Part shown: positions 37,302-51,129 of the stretch, in pieces | Layout: the number at the start of each line of letters is the position of its first letter | Position numbering within the stretch: the stretch's first letter is position 1 | From: Dendrobates tinctorius | Taxonomy: Eukaryota | Direction of reading: 5' to 3' | Length of the DNA stretch: 64,000 nucleotides | NCBI RefSeq assembly: GCF_039654945.1 | Contig: NW_027361912.1 | Location: 6,262,001-6,326,000 of the forward strand | Program-made: the position numbers and the translations under genes | The notes under the pieces: model-generated | Told to the model about the DNA's origin: nothing | The model's input: the letters and a program-made list of their open reading frames with translations, nothing else | The model's database searches: none

Positions 37302-37513
37302 CTATAGGTCAATACTGGATACTGAGCTCATTCAGAGGGACGGCACTGCCCGGACTGGCTGCGGATCTCCTGACCCTCAGACACACATGCAGCTGTCGCG
37401 CTCGGACAGCGAGACCTGCAGCCAGTCCGTGCATTGCGGTCCGGACGTCCCTTATGCTTAGTGCCTGTGTGAGACAGCGGGATGTGCTTATCCCGACACC
37501 CCGCTCTCTATAC

Positions 37514-37649
37514 CTGCTCCTCCTGTATCCTCTCCTCGATTCTCCAAGAAGCAGTCTCATGGGATCGGAACAGGGTGATCACGCTGGTCTCGTCGGGGTC
37601 CAGGATGTTCCCATTTTCATCTCTGACCACAAGATCCAAACCGAGGAGA
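37514..37649 (-). CDS. dock5: DOCK5 exon ~7 ([22 protein letters not shown]...IQEEQ)
   Basis: AG/GT boundaries, 136 nt. Confidence 0.95.
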
Positions 37650-38037
37650 CTATCAAGACACCAACCGAGACAAAAATTTACCTTTACATATAATATTTAT
37701 TGCCGTGGCGCATCCATAATCAAAACAAAATCACTTTTCCCAATAGCCTGGCTTCAAAAATCTCCTACCGTTTAGTGTTTACAGCTCTTATGCGGGACTA
37801 TGTGTCGCCATGATCACAGACAACAATGTGTCTAGTCATGTTCTGCAGCCATGTGTCTGCTTTATCTTACCTCTTGCACCTGCAGACAGTGAAATAGGGT
37901 CAAGAATGGATTGAAATGACTGTAGGATCATACAACACCAGTTACAGCTCTGCATGGGAGCTGCGAACACAAAACAAAAGCATTCTTTTTTTTTAATTTA
38001 AAAATGTGACCTGAGCTTCGTTTTGGAAGAAGCTTAC

Positions 38038-38186
38038 CGGTTGCCATAGTCGATCTTCGCCGTCACCTTCTTCCTCAGTTCGGCCAAGTCGTCTTTGGGG
38101 AGGGTGCCGGACATAATCTGCGAGCGCCAGTCCATGATTTGGGTCATCATGTCTTGGATCTGGAGGAACTGCTCCCGTAGATTTTG
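38038..38186 (-). CDS. dock5: DOCK5 exon ~6 (QNLREQ...[30 protein letters not shown])
   Basis: AG/GT boundaries, 149 nt, conserved DOCK-A motif. Confidence 0.95.
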
Positions 38187-38268
38187 CTACATGGGACATA
38201 AAATATGGTGACTAGACTGTAAAAGGGTAATCCGATGTATGACGGGGTACAGTAAGGCCTAAACTCAC

Positions 38269-38365
38269 CACATACAGCGAGTGCCAGTGGACGGCCCATT
38301 CCCGCAGTGTGACGGTGAGCTCCTGCACCAGGGGGAGCTCGCTGGGCACTGACGGCTCATGGTGT
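38269..38365 (-). CDS. dock5: DOCK5 exon ~5 (HHEPSVPSELPLVQELTVTLREWAVHWHSLYV)
   Basis: AG/GT boundaries, 97 nt, ELPLVQEL..TLREWAV motif. Confidence 0.95.
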
Positions 38366-38959
38366 CTGTAAGAGACGAGTATTTAGGTTTTATTTATTTT
38401 ACTCACTTATATAGCGCCATTAATTCCACAGACATCATCATCACTGTCCCCGATGGGGCTCACAGTCTAATATCCCCATCAGTATGGCTTTGGAGTGCGG
38501 GAGGAAACCTGTTATCATTCCTTAGTAGTATTCTGCCATCCTGTAGCTACCCCTGTATTGTTTTCATATCGTCAATATTTTGTGTCTCTCATCGGCCTCC
38601 CCTTACTTTCATTGTTTCTTGATTTTAATCATTAACTTTTATTTTTATTGGATAGTTTATTGCTTATATATATATACACATGTATATTAGTTTGATTTTT
38701 TGTTATTATGGAGTAACGCTTATATGATATTTTATGCTATTCAAGTGGTGTGGGATATTACTTGGCAAGTTAATCACGCCCCAATGACTAGTTACAGAAA
38801 CAATTCGCCTACATGACTTATCAATAACACTTAGCAGATTTCATATAATGGACTTTAGATGACCTTTTACACTGTGCCTTTATAAAAAAGGATCTATAAA
38901 AGCATGTCTGCAAATTTTTGAGCAGCCAGTGTGAGTAGTAAATGTGGTCACAAGCTTAC

Positions 38960-39012
38960 CCTTTGCCGTCAGTCACTTCTTTTACGTGAATATAAGTAGT
39001 TGGGAATATGCC
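38960..39012 (-). CDS. dock5: DOCK5 exon ~4 (GIFPTTYIHVKEVTDGKG)
   Basis: cag|GGC ATA TTC CCA...AAA GG|gtaag; SH3 GIFP..YIH motif; phase fits both neighbours. Confidence 0.92.
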
Positions 39013-39259
39013 CTGTTAAGACAAAAGTATAGTGTTAGCAATGCATATAGGGTCCGGTCCGGTTCCAGGCTTTGTCAGCCCTGGGGACACACAGATATTA
39101 TGGACCCATCAGGGGGCTTATTGTGCTGTCATTTCTTGGCATACAGTACATATCAGTTAATTATTGAGGTCTTGCGACACACAAAAAAGCCTATTATTAC
39201 TAGCAGTGGAGTCTGTGATCACTGTTAGTGTTGCTGCCTCCATTTAACAATTCGAGACC

Positions 39260-39805
39260 CAAAAGAAATACAATCAAAGTAAAAGGCTAAAAAAATGATC
39301 AGAGGGCAGACTTTCCCCTGAGGAAGCCACGCTGTGTGACGAAACGCGTGGGGTTCCATTTCCTTCACACACCATGATGTGACCGGGTGACCCTTACATT
39401 CTTACCAACAGGTCTTAGGCAGCCTCACATATTTGGTCCTCTATGCCCTTCCATCTGGGATTCTGTTTCCCCTACCACTGAGATACCTCTATATTTCCTA
39501 TGGCTCTCTTTATTCTCTATAGGAACTTTTTGTTTGGGCGTTGTAATGGTTAAGGACTTTTCTCTTCCACTGTCTAGTCCATGGCATATATATTGCGCTT
39601 CTTAGACTCTTACTATCTCTAAATAGTCAATTTCCTGGACTTTTCTTTAGTATTACCTCGGTGTATCCCGATGCACATAGTGGAGGAGTCTGGCGTTTCC
39701 TCACACGGCCCTCCAGTTGCCATTTATTCTTAGCCTTATTTGGCTTTTTAAACGTTTTTTTTCGTCTTGCTTGTTATATTGAATTGTAATAAAATTTCAT
39801 TTTTT
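39260..39805 (+). mobile_element. Penelope-like pLTR remnant with a hammerhead-like motif
   Basis: CTGAGGA-A-stem-GAAACGCGT at 39318-39349; AATAAA near 39790; short inverted copy of the 3' part on the left. Confidence 0.5.
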
Positions 39806-41929
39806 TTCTTTATTAATGTTGATCCTTGCCGGCTTACACAATCCTTTTCTCCAGAGGGCACACAGTGCGCGCTGTCAGGATTCCGGGAGCGGGCAGGTGT
39901 GTGACCACAAGTATACGATTTGCATACATGCGGTCACATGCTAACTAGACGTGCGCGGCCTCGATTAATACATATGAACGGAGTGAAACCGGACACGTCT
40001 AGTCGGAATGTGGCCGGAAGCATGCAAATCACATACTTACAGTGACATGACCGTCCTCTCTCGGTGTTGGAGAATCCTGACAGCATGCACACTGTGTGTT
40101 GTATGGATTCTCGAGTCTGCAGTCACATAGAGTGACCACAGACTTGTACCCCAAGCCTGGTCAACTCTTTTAAAGGCATTCTCCAGACTTATCCTTAAAT
40201 AATGTGATCCACATTAGATTGGTAGGGTGTGACACTTGGAACCTCACTGACTAGCTGTTTTCAGATCTGAGGCAGCTGTATGACAGTGAATGGAACCGGC
40301 ACAGCTCAGCTCTGTAGACAGTGTAGTGGCCACTGCAGAGAACTGCAGCACAGCTCCTATTCATGTGATTAGATCTTCGTCATCTGTTTTGGTGATTTAG
40401 ATCATCCGGACCTCCGGGGGGTGACACTTACAGATATCTCCACACTTTGCAACTAGCTTTCTTCATATCCAGGTGAAACACTGGTAGCATTTGTATACTT
40501 TAAGCAACACTGATCCAGGCTGGTCTAGAGTATTTTACTTGTCTGTCGCCTCAACTATAGGGAATGAGCAAGCTAAAAGAGGACTTATTAGCAATTATTG
40601 TCTGTCTATAGTCTGTGTCTGGTATTGCAGATTATCACAATTCAGGTAAAAGGTGATTAACTGCAATACCTGATGCAGCCTATGGACAAGTGTGGCGCTG
40701 TTGCAAACATGAAAGGAAATCAATTTTATATAATCCCGAACAATTCCTTTAACATAATATGCAAACAGCACCAATCTGACTTATTCTGTGTGTAAGAGAT
40801 AGATTGATGTCCAATGTGGAAAGATTCTGAAATGTAGTCTTATTCCTGACCCAAGTTTCAGATTTTTCTCTTGTGGGAGTGTATCTTCCAGTAATACAGG
40901 CTGTATGTGAGATCTGTATATATCCTGCTGGCTTCATTATCTCATATCAGCACAGCTTCTATCCTGCATGTATTTCCTCTTCATGTGCTTTACTCCTTTA
41001 TCTTTAATTTGCATTCTCTGCCCTCCTCAAGACTGTAAATACTTATCCCCTCTCTGCACTGTGGAAATGTGTGTACAACCCTCACCCCTCCATACTACTG
41101 TGCCCAACACTGAAAGGAGAGAGAGGAGCAGAGATCTATCAGAACCAGGAGCTCTGACAGATTTGTAACATTTTTGCAAAAACACTTAACTAGCGGGAAC
41201 AAAAATTGGAACATTTTTAATGAAGACTATTTAGAAAGTGGCATAACTTTAAATTTAGGAAACCAGTAAATATGTGCAAAGGTATGCAGAGCTTTCAAGT
41301 TACTGAACAGAATTGGGCAGACGGATGTACTGTAGTGAAGCTGCAGAGAGAATGGTGGGAGTAGTTGGTACGAGTGTTTATACTTCTATTGCAGAATTTG
41401 CTGAACATGGCGGAATATAATCCCATGAACACGTTATATTGCACCTGCGGTATGTGATGTTGTGTAATCCTCCTCGGAATAATCAGCAGAAATGAGATGC
41501 ATGATGTGATATATTGTACGGGGCGGAGGGCAGAGAAGGGAATATACCTCACACGGCTATTCCTCCGGGGAAACGAAAATAACAAGGGAAGGGTTTCTAC
41601 CGTATTGTGCAAACAGCTCCTCTGCTGAGCTATGTGCTGGTGAAAGTAATAGTGATATTATCACACTCAATACCGTGTGCTAGGAGATACACATCGAGCT
41701 CTCCTTTAAAGAGAGTTATTCCCATCTCAGCCATTCATACATAGAACTGAAGTAACGGCCTCAAAGTATCGGCCACATGCGGTGCGGGCTATGGGAAAAG
41801 TCAGTCCTATCCCGGCCCACAATCAAAAGACAGATGGAAGAAAAGTATGAGGTATCAGTATGGAGGGATCGGTGAGGTATGTAAGGGATGGTGGGGAATC
41901 AATGAGGTGGGGAGAAAATGGAGAGGGGG

Positions 41930-44640
41930 GAATCAGTGAGTCATGTATGGAGGAATCAGTGAGGAGAGCATGGAGGAATCAGTGAGGAGAGCATGGAGGA
42001 ATCAGTGAGGAGAGCATGGAGGAATCAGTGAGGAGAGCATGGAGGAATCAGTGAGGAGAGCATGGAGGAATCAGTGAGGAGAGCATGGAGGAATCAGTGA
42101 GGAGAGCATGGAGGAATCAGTGAGGAGAGCATGGAGGAATCAGTGAGGAGAGCATGGAGGAATCAGTGAGGAGAGCATGGAGGAATCAGTGAGGAGACTA
42201 TGGAGGAATCAGTGAGGAGACTATGGAGGAATCAGTGAGGAGACTATGGAGGAATCAGTGAGGAGACTATGGAGGAATCAGTGAGGAGACTATGGAGGAA
42301 TCAGTGAGGAGACTATGGAGGAATCAGTGAGGAGACTATGGAGGAATCAGTGAGGAGACTATGGAGGAATCAGTGAGGAGACTATGGAGGAATCAGAGAG
42401 GAGACTATGGAGGAATCAGAGAGGAGACTATGGAGGAATCAGTGAGGAGACTATGGAGGAATCAGTGAGGAGACTATGGAGGAATCAGTGAGGAGAATAT
42501 GGAGGGATCAGTGAGGAGAATATGGAAGGATCAGTGAGGAGAATATGGAGGGATCAGTGAGGAGAATATGGAAGGATCAGTGAGGAGAATATGGAGGGAT
42601 CAGTGAGGTGAATATGGAAGGATCAGTGAGGAGAATATGGAGGGATCAGTGAAGAGAATATGGAGGGATCAGTGAGGAGAATATGGAAGGATCAGTGAGG
42701 AGAATATGGAGGGATCAGTGAGGCGAGTACGGAGGGGATCAGTGAGGAGAATATGGAGGGATCAGTGAGGAGAATATGGAAGGATCAGTGAGGAGAATAT
42801 GGAGGGATCAGTGAGGAGAATATGGAGGGATCAGTGAGGAGTATATGGAGGGATCAGTGAGGAGTATATGGAGGGATCAGTGAGGAGAATATGGAGGGAT
42901 CAGTGAGGAGTATATGGATGGATCAGTGAGGAGAATATGGAGGGATCAGTGAGGAGTATATGGATGGATCAGTGAGGAGAATATGGAGGGATCAGTGAGG
43001 AGAATATGGAGGGATCAGTGAGGCGAGTATGGAGGGGATCAGTGAGAATATGGAGGGATCAGTGAGGAGAATATGGAAGGATCAGTGAGGAGAATATGGA
43101 GGGATCAGTGAGGAGAATATGGAGGGATCAGTGAGGAGAATATGGAGGGATCAGTGAGGAGAATATGGAGGGATCAGTGAGGAGAATATGGAGGGATCAG
43201 TGAGGAGAATATGGAGGGATCAGTGAGGCGAGTACGGAGGGGATCAGTGAGGCGAGTACGGAGGGGATCAGTGAGGAGAATATGGAGGGATCAGTGAGGA
43301 GAATATGGAAGGATCAGTGAGGAGAATATGGAGGGATCAGTGAGGAGAATATGGAGGGATCAGTGAGAATATGGAAGGATCAGTGAGGAGAATATGGAGG
43401 GATCAGTGAGGAGAATATGGAGGGATCAGTGAGGAGAATATGGAGGGATCAGTGAGGAGAATATGGAGGGATCAGTGAGGAGAATATGGAGGGATCAGTG
43501 AGGAGAAAATGGAAGTATCAGTGAGGAGAAAATGGAAGGATCAGTGAGGAGAAAATGGAAGGATCAGTGAGGAGAAAATGGAGGGATCAGTGAGGAGTAT
43601 ATGGATGGATCAGTGAGGAGAATATGGAGGGATCAGTGAGGAGTATATGGATGGATCAGTGAGGAGAATATGGAGGGATCAGTGAGGAGTATATGGATGG
43701 ATCAGTGAGGTGAATATGGAGGGATCAGTGAGGCGAGTATGGAGGGGATCAGTGAAAATATGAAGGGATCAGTGAGAATATGGAAGGATCAGTGAGGAGA
43801 ATATGGAGGGATCAGTGAGGAGAATATGGAGGGATCAGTGAGGAGAATATGGAGGGATCAGTGAGGAGAATATGGAGGGATCAGTGAGGAGAATATGGAG
43901 GGATCAGTGAGGAGAATATGGAGGGATCAGTGAGGAGAATATGGAGGGATCAGTGAGGAGAATATGGAGGGATCAGTGAGGAGAATATGGAGGGATCAGT
44001 GAGGAGAATATGGAGGGATCAGTGAGGAGAATATGGAGGGATCAGTGAGGAGAATATGGAGGGATCAGTGAGGAGTATATGGATGGATCAGTGAGGCGAA
44101 TATGGAGGGATCAGTGAGGCGAGTATGGAGGGGATCAGTGAAAATATGAAGGGATCAGTGAGAATATGGAAGGATCAGTGAGGAGAATATGGAGGGATCA
44201 GTGAGGAGAATATGGAGGGATCAGTGAGGAGAATATGGAGGGATCAGTGAGGAGAATATGGAGGGATCAGTGAGGAGAATATGGAGGGATCAGTGAGGAG
44301 AATATGGAGGGATCAGTGAGGAGAATATGGAGGGATCAGTGAGGAGAATATGGAGGGATCAGTGAGGAGAATATGGAGGGATCAGTGAGGAGAATATGGA
44401 GGGATCAGTGAGGAGAATATGGAGGGATCAGTGAGGAGAATATGGAAGGATCAGTGAGGAGAATATGGAGGGATCAGTGAGGAGAATATGGAGGGATCAG
44501 TGAGGAGAATATGGAAGGATCAGTGAGGAGAATATGGAGGGATCAGTGAGGAGAATATGGAGGGATCAGTGAGGAGTATATGGATGGATCAGTGAGGAGA
44601 AAATGGAGGGATCAGTGAGTCGAGTTAGTATTAGTGAAGT
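41930..44640. repeat. 23-bp purine-rich satellite (ATGGAGGGATCAGTGAGGAGAAT), ~2.7 kb
   Basis: More than 100 tandem copies arranged in variant blocks. Confidence 0.97.
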
Positions 44641-46202
44641 ATGGAGGGATCAGTGAAGTGAGTAAGGGGGTGGGGGTCAGTGAAGTATAATGATGGATCA
44701 GTGAGGTAAATATGAAGGGGGTGATCAGTCAGGTGTGTATAGAGAGAGATTAGTGAGCTGAGTATCAAGGTATCAGTGAGTATTGAGAAATCAATGAGGT
44801 AAGTGTGTGGGGGGGGATCAGTGAGTTGAGTATATATATGTGGGTGGGGGTTGGGGGGGGAATCAGTGAGGTAAGTATGAGGAATCAGACAGGTGAATAT
44901 GGGGAGTGCAGTGGGGTGAATATGGTGGGGAGTTAGAGGGATCAGTGAGGTAAAGGGACACTCCTTTATGAAATTTCCATGCCCTAGTACAGCATATGGA
45001 TATGGGATGTTTTCAGAATAAAACCCCTTTGAAGTGAATGTGTCATCAAGAAATGTTTGTTTTTTTCAACAATTGAAAAACATGTAAAGTATTAATGTTT
45101 TATTGAAAAAAGTATGTATGTGTAAATATATACACACATGCGCATACACATACACACTTAGCACAACATATGAGAAATGATTTGACAAGTTTTGATATTT
45201 TCAATTTAAACAGTAGGGGGAGCAGCTGCTTTCATTGGTCATGAACACTGTGCAATGAAAAAAGTGTAATGCCAGCTCGCCTTATGGCAGCAGTAAATGT
45301 GGGCGAGGTCGTCTCGCGTCTGATGTCACTTCTCTACTTCCAGATGTTTTCAAAAGGAGGGGATGGGTTAAAGTTTAGGATCACAGTGCAGCACCATTTT
45401 ATGGGTGACTGCAGCTCATACTGACAGTGGACGCTGTCACCGAGGGCAGATGGCAGCGCCAGTTCTCGTTTTGCTGCTCAGGCAAAAAAAAATTAAAGTG
45501 GCAGTGCACTAAAAGCATACAGTGAATGAACAATCCCTCCATTATTTTGGGTGGGTTTGTTTCTCATGGCGTTCATTGTATAGTGAAAATGACCTGGTCA
45601 GTTGGCGAGATACCAAACTTGACTTCAGAAGTTTCATCTGCAGTTGGCTGTATCAGTTCCTTGAAAAGTTGGGTACTTGAGAAAGCGGGTCCCAAGAACA
45701 AATACAAGAGAGAGAATGGGGCACTGAGCTGTTCACCGCTCCTTACAGAGATCTAACTGCAGCAGTCATAATATTGCTTAATATTACTGACAATTGCTCA
45801 TTTTGCTTTTCTACCCAGTTAATTCTTCTGTTTTCCATGAGATTTATGACATCACTTGATTAAAAACTGACTAGATGAATCCTACTAATCTCTATGTAGA
45901 AACAGGAGGTCAATGTTCCCTGTATGAGTCAGGAGTCGCTGCAAAAGTCCCTGGCAGAGGGAGGGTGGAGCAGCTGGGTCAGGAGTTGAAGAGGGGGAAT
46001 GATAAAAGAAGGAAAGAGAAGAATTATCTGGGCAGAAAGGCAAAATGACCAATTGTAAGTACACAGTGCTGCATAATATGATGACTGCTATGTATTAAAG
46101 AGGATACAAAGTTTTGATGGGAGGAGGAGAAGGAGTGCTTCTTTAAACTTAGAAATTTGGTGCCATGTTCAATGCTTATGTCATCCACTGTAAATTTATA
46201 TA

Positions 46203-46728
46203 CAGCTCTGGCAAAAATTAAGAGACCACCACATCAAAACCCTGTCATGGGCAGCCCATTCTCCAGACCTGAACGCCATTGAAAACCTCTGGGATGTAGA
46301 GGATGATGGATAGTCACAAGCCATCAAACAAAGGAGAACCGCTTACATTTTTGCGCCAGAAGCAGTGTGAAAGACTGGTGGAAAGCATGCCAAGATGCGT
46401 GAAAGCTGCGATTAGCAATCATGGGTATTCCACAAAATATTGTTTCTGAACTCTTCCTGAGTTAAAACATTAGTATTGTTGCTTCTAAATGTTTATGAAC
46501 TTGTTTTCTTTGCATTATTTGGGGTCTGCAAGCACTGGGTTTTCTGGTTATTTTGACCATTTCTCATTTTCAGAAAATAAAGTCCAAATTTAATGCTTGG
46601 AAATTCGGAGACATGGTGTCAATAGTTTATAGAATAAAAGAGCAATTTACATTTTACTCAAAAATATAAAGAGGAAAACCAGACAAACCGAACATTTGAA
46701 AGTGGTCTCTTCATTTTAGCCAGAACTG
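46203..46728 (+). mobile_element. Internally deleted non-autonomous Tc1
   Basis: TA|CAGCTCTGGCAAAAATTAAGAGACCAC...GTGGTCTCTTCATTTTAGCCAGAACTG|TA; SPDLNAIENLW and ESMPR..GYSTKY remnants. Confidence 0.85.
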
Positions 46729-48419
46729 TATATCAGGTGACACATTTTATTTAAATCTACCTACCAACCATTCTGGATCCAGCAGGACAGTCCTGAACTT
46801 CGGGAGCTGTCCCACTGTCCTAGGGGTGTCATCAAATTCGGGTGAACACTTCGGGTGTCATACTGTGTGTGTGTGGGGGGGGCAATGGGAGAAGGTACTG
46901 TGGAAGCAGGATACTGTGAGTGGGGGATTGTACTGAGGGGGGCATAATAGTAGTGTGTGCTGGAGGCGGAGATGGAATTGACTGTAGAAGCGTTATGTAC
47001 TGAGAGGCCATTATACTGTATGGGAACCTGTGGGGGAATATATTGCGGGGGCACCATACTCTGTGGGGAGCTGTGAGAGAATGTAGGCTTCATACTATGT
47101 GTGTGGGCATGTACTATGAAGTCGTGAAAGTGGTACCAAATTGGGTGGGAATGCTGATGGGCTTCACTTGGAGCAATATTTCTGTGGGGCGCATATAAAG
47201 AACTGTGCAAGGTTAGGGCTTAGCGCAAAATAGAAGTTTCCGCGCAGCACCACGCACGCCACAGTGTCCCCCTCTTTTTTGTCTTTCAGAGTTGGGAGGT
47301 AATGGCCTTAATGGTGCAGCCACCAGATAAGGGTCTATGACGAGCTGACCTTTGGCTCACTGTGCGTAGTTTATACTTGTACCTTATCAGGTTTATATGG
47401 AGCTCTCGGTCACACCCAGCCGGTATATACCTCTCGGTATACTATTCTTTATGTGCCCGTACACGGGCCACGGTGACTTCTTCCTCTTCTCACTTCCAGA
47501 GACGATCTTCTGTGGTTTGTGTGTACTCTAATCATGGCTGGGAAAGTCACATACTTTGCCGCTCAGATATTTACTCAGACATTCTTTGAGATCCTTCCTT
47601 CTCGGAATAAGCTGTGATTTTGCATTTTTGGTTTTTTTTTTTTTTGGACATCCACTATAAATCACTGCAAACACAACCTACAAAAGCCGTCAACTCCGCT
47701 ATAAAAAGTCCTATTCCGTAGAATCAGGCTTTGGCACAAAACACGCAGCAAAACCTGATACCTGCCTTTTTGGTGCATTTTGCCAGCATTTTTTTTTTTT
47801 CAACACCCATTCATTTCAATGGGTGAAAAACGCTGAAAGAAATGACGACCTCCATTGTGCAAAAAAACCATACAAAGCACAAAATACTGAGGACAATAAA
47901 AAACCAAGCTGTGTGCTTGAGATTTCTGAAGTCTCATAAACTTTGCTGGTACTGTAAAACGCATCTGAAAAATTGCATAAAAAAAGCTGCAAAAATGCCT
48001 AGTGTGAACTTAGCCTATACAACCTTTTTCAAGGGAAGGGGACCTTGCAGTCCTAGGGCTGGGCTTAAATGTCTAAAAAAAATTACAAATAACCCAATAT
48101 ACCTTGATATTGAGACTAGGAACCAGTTATAAATCACTAGAACTATAGTCAACCACGTTGAAGTTAAAGGTATTCGCCGGGGGAAAAAAGCTATCACTTA
48201 CCCACTTAATAGTTAATAACTTATTGATCAGTGGATGTCCAACCGCTGGACCCTGCATCAATCGGCAGAACTGAGATCTTTTATCCCCATTACAAGGAAA
48301 TAGTGCACGTGCCTGACCGTTCTAGGGGTTTCCGGAAATAGCTAAACGCAGCACTTGGAACGGCATCTGACAATCAGTGGGGTTCCCCACATCAATCAAT
48401 AAGTTATCCCAGAGTGCTA

Positions 48420-48960
48420 TTAGGCCATGCCTTAGTGCTCTTAGGTCACTCCTTAGTGCTCTTAGGTCACACCTTAGTGCTCTTAGGTCACACCTTACTG
48501 CTCTTAGGTCACACCTTACTGCTCTTAGGTCACACCTTACTGCTCTTAGGTCACACCTTACTGCTCTTAGGTCACACCTTACTGCTCTTAGGTCACACCT
48601 TACTGCTCTTAGGTCACACCTTACTGCTCTTAGGTCACACCTTAGTGATCTTAGGTCACACCTTAGTGCTGTTAGGTCACACCTTAGTGACCTTAGGACA
48701 CACCTTAGTGACCTTAGGACACACCTTAGTGATCATACGTTAGTGATCTTAGGTCACATCTTAGTGCTCTTAGGTCACACCTTAGTGTTGTTAGGTCACA
48801 CCTTGGTGATCTTAGGTCACACCTTAGTGATCTTAGGTCACACCTTAGTGATCTTAGGTCACACCTTAGTGATCTTAGGTCACACCTTAGTGATCATACG
48901 TTAGTGATCTTAGGTCACATCTTAGTGCTCTTAGGTCATACCTTAGTGTGCTTAGGTCAT
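48420..48960. repeat. 21-bp minisatellite (TTAGGTCACACCTTAGTGCTC)
   Basis: About 25 copies. Confidence 0.95.
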
Positions 48961-49844
48961 GACTTGTTTTCATCTGAAAACCCCTTTAAGCGTCCCGATC
49001 ACCAGGTCAGCCAATTTGGACGTGCACTTCCCAACCTACTCACTTCTTTCTGTCAAACTTATATAGGTCATTCCTGTATCTACACTATGTGCTATGTGAG
49101 ACTATGTGGATTAATAGACAAAAGGGAAGTACACTCTGCCAGGAAAATCCACATGACGGTCTACATTGAGCAATAGTGTAAGCCAGCAGATAGTGAGATT
49201 TAAAACAAAACTTTTCATAGTTAATAGTCATAAAATACCACATGCCACCTAATCTGAATAAAAAAAACGGGCAATAATGAAAAATTCCAGCCAAGGTTTG
49301 AGTCACTTCTGGCACAAGTGAAAGTTAATTCTCCTCTGTACAGAATTATAATGGCAAACAACCTCCAGCATAAATGTTCAGATCATAAGGGTAGTAATAT
49401 TTACATCTAGGATCCCAACGAACGCCCACAAATACAGCAGAGGATCACTGCTAAGGCGTCTACGTGGGTCACAGATATAACAGATAACCAACTCTGCGGT
49501 CAATACAATGACTGGACAAAGCGCATCTATCCAATAATATCAGCAACAAATAATAGTCGAACAAGCCTAGTGAAGCAAAGCAAACACACATAAATACGAC
49601 TGACAGTGATCACAATATAGTTGCCAAAATAAATAGCCAATGGCCATAGTGTTAACTATTATTGATATTGGAGAGATGCAAAATATAGATACAACCAAGT
49701 GGGTGACAGTCTTCATACTCTGACCAGGTTAGAAGTAGAATAGTTTAACATGAAATGTCCTCACCCATTAGTAGTTAGAGGTCAGGGAAAGAAGTATTCA
49801 CAGTCCCGAAAGTTCATCCAGGATGGAGAGGTGAATAGTCTACC

Positions 49845-50711
49845 CAATGGTCCCCAATTTTTCTGACCTTGAGAGCCACATTCAGCTCCAAGAGAGGGCC
49901 GCGAGCTACATTCAGCTCAGAGAGAGGGTCGCGAGCCACATTCAGCTCCGAGAGAGGATCGCGAGCCACATTCAGCTCCGAGAGAGGATCGCGAGCCACA
50001 TTCAGCTCCGAGAGAGGATCGCGAGCCACATTCAGCTCCGAGAGAGGGTCGCGAGCCACATTCAGCTCCGAGAGAGGGTCGCGAGCCACATTCAGCTCCG
50101 AGAGAGGGTCGCGAGCCACATTCAGCTCCGAGAGAGGATCGCGAGCCACATTCAGCTCCGAGAGAGGATCGCGAGCCACATTCAGCTCCGAGAGAGGATC
50201 GCGAGCCACATTCAGCTCTGAAAAAGAGGATCGCAAGACACATTCATCTCTGAGAGAGGGTCACAAGCCACAGCCATCTCTTGCCCCACTCACAGTAGTG
50301 GCAAGGACTCCATTACGGGTATAATGATAACCAAAGATTTTCCAGAGAAATCATCCCAAAGCAAAATACCAAGATCCAGGGGTTCCCACAATACCCCCAT
50401 TCAGTATTCTCATCAAGCACACCCAACAGAATGTCGCATCCAGCTTCAAGCACCTCCTCTGACAGGTAGTATCATCCAGTCTCCAGAGTACCATACTTAA
50501 ATTATCTCTAAACCCCTAAGACCAGTAAATGTGCATCCAGATCTGCTCTTCTCTGCAGGGCTACTCACAAAATTCACCATTTTGAGATGTGATCTTCATA
50601 CCCATTTACTAGACCTGCAGCTAATACACCAAGCTGGCAGTCAGCCGTGAGTCACAATTCATGGGACCGTGAGCCACATGTGGCTCCTGAGATACAGGTT
50701 GGGAACCCCTG
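49845..50711. mobile_element. hAT/Charlie-like non-autonomous element with an internal 30-bp minisatellite
   Basis: CAATGGTCCCCAA...TTGGGAACCCCTG ends; imperfect TCTA-containing flanks. Confidence 0.6.
49873..50235. repeat. 30-bp minisatellite (GAGCCACATTCAGCTCCGAGAGAGGATCGC)
   Basis: About 12 copies. Confidence 0.95.
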
Positions 50712-51129
50712 TCTATCCCTGTAGATTCCAATTAGGCCTAGCATAGCCTAATTCCCCCCAATTCCCACTCTGACAAGGGTAGTCCACATCTATCCCTAAT
50801 GCCGAGGTCCTGCACTTGCCCTACGTGCGTCCGACGCGTTTCTTTTGATTTAAATCCCCTGAGGAATCAAGTCTCATATGGCATTTCTCATACAAACTGT
50901 AGAGTGTATCGAGCAACTACCAAAGCGCTGTCTGTTTCTGCAGGGAATTAAATAATCTCCAGGCTTCAACATTAAATAGGGGACCATCAGCAATTATCTC
51001 AATGGGGTCTTACCTTGTTTAGCCCAGTCAGAACAAAAAGCCACGCTCACCTTTAAAGTCCTCAGGTGGAATGCACTCCAGCCATAAAGCGGTTTTCAGT
51101 CTAACAAAGTTAATTTTAATCAACATTTT

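Noticed and set aside
41930-44640. Regular repeats as a possible CRISPR array
   Set aside because: Head-to-tail units without unique spacers, no cas genes, and a eukaryotic intron context.
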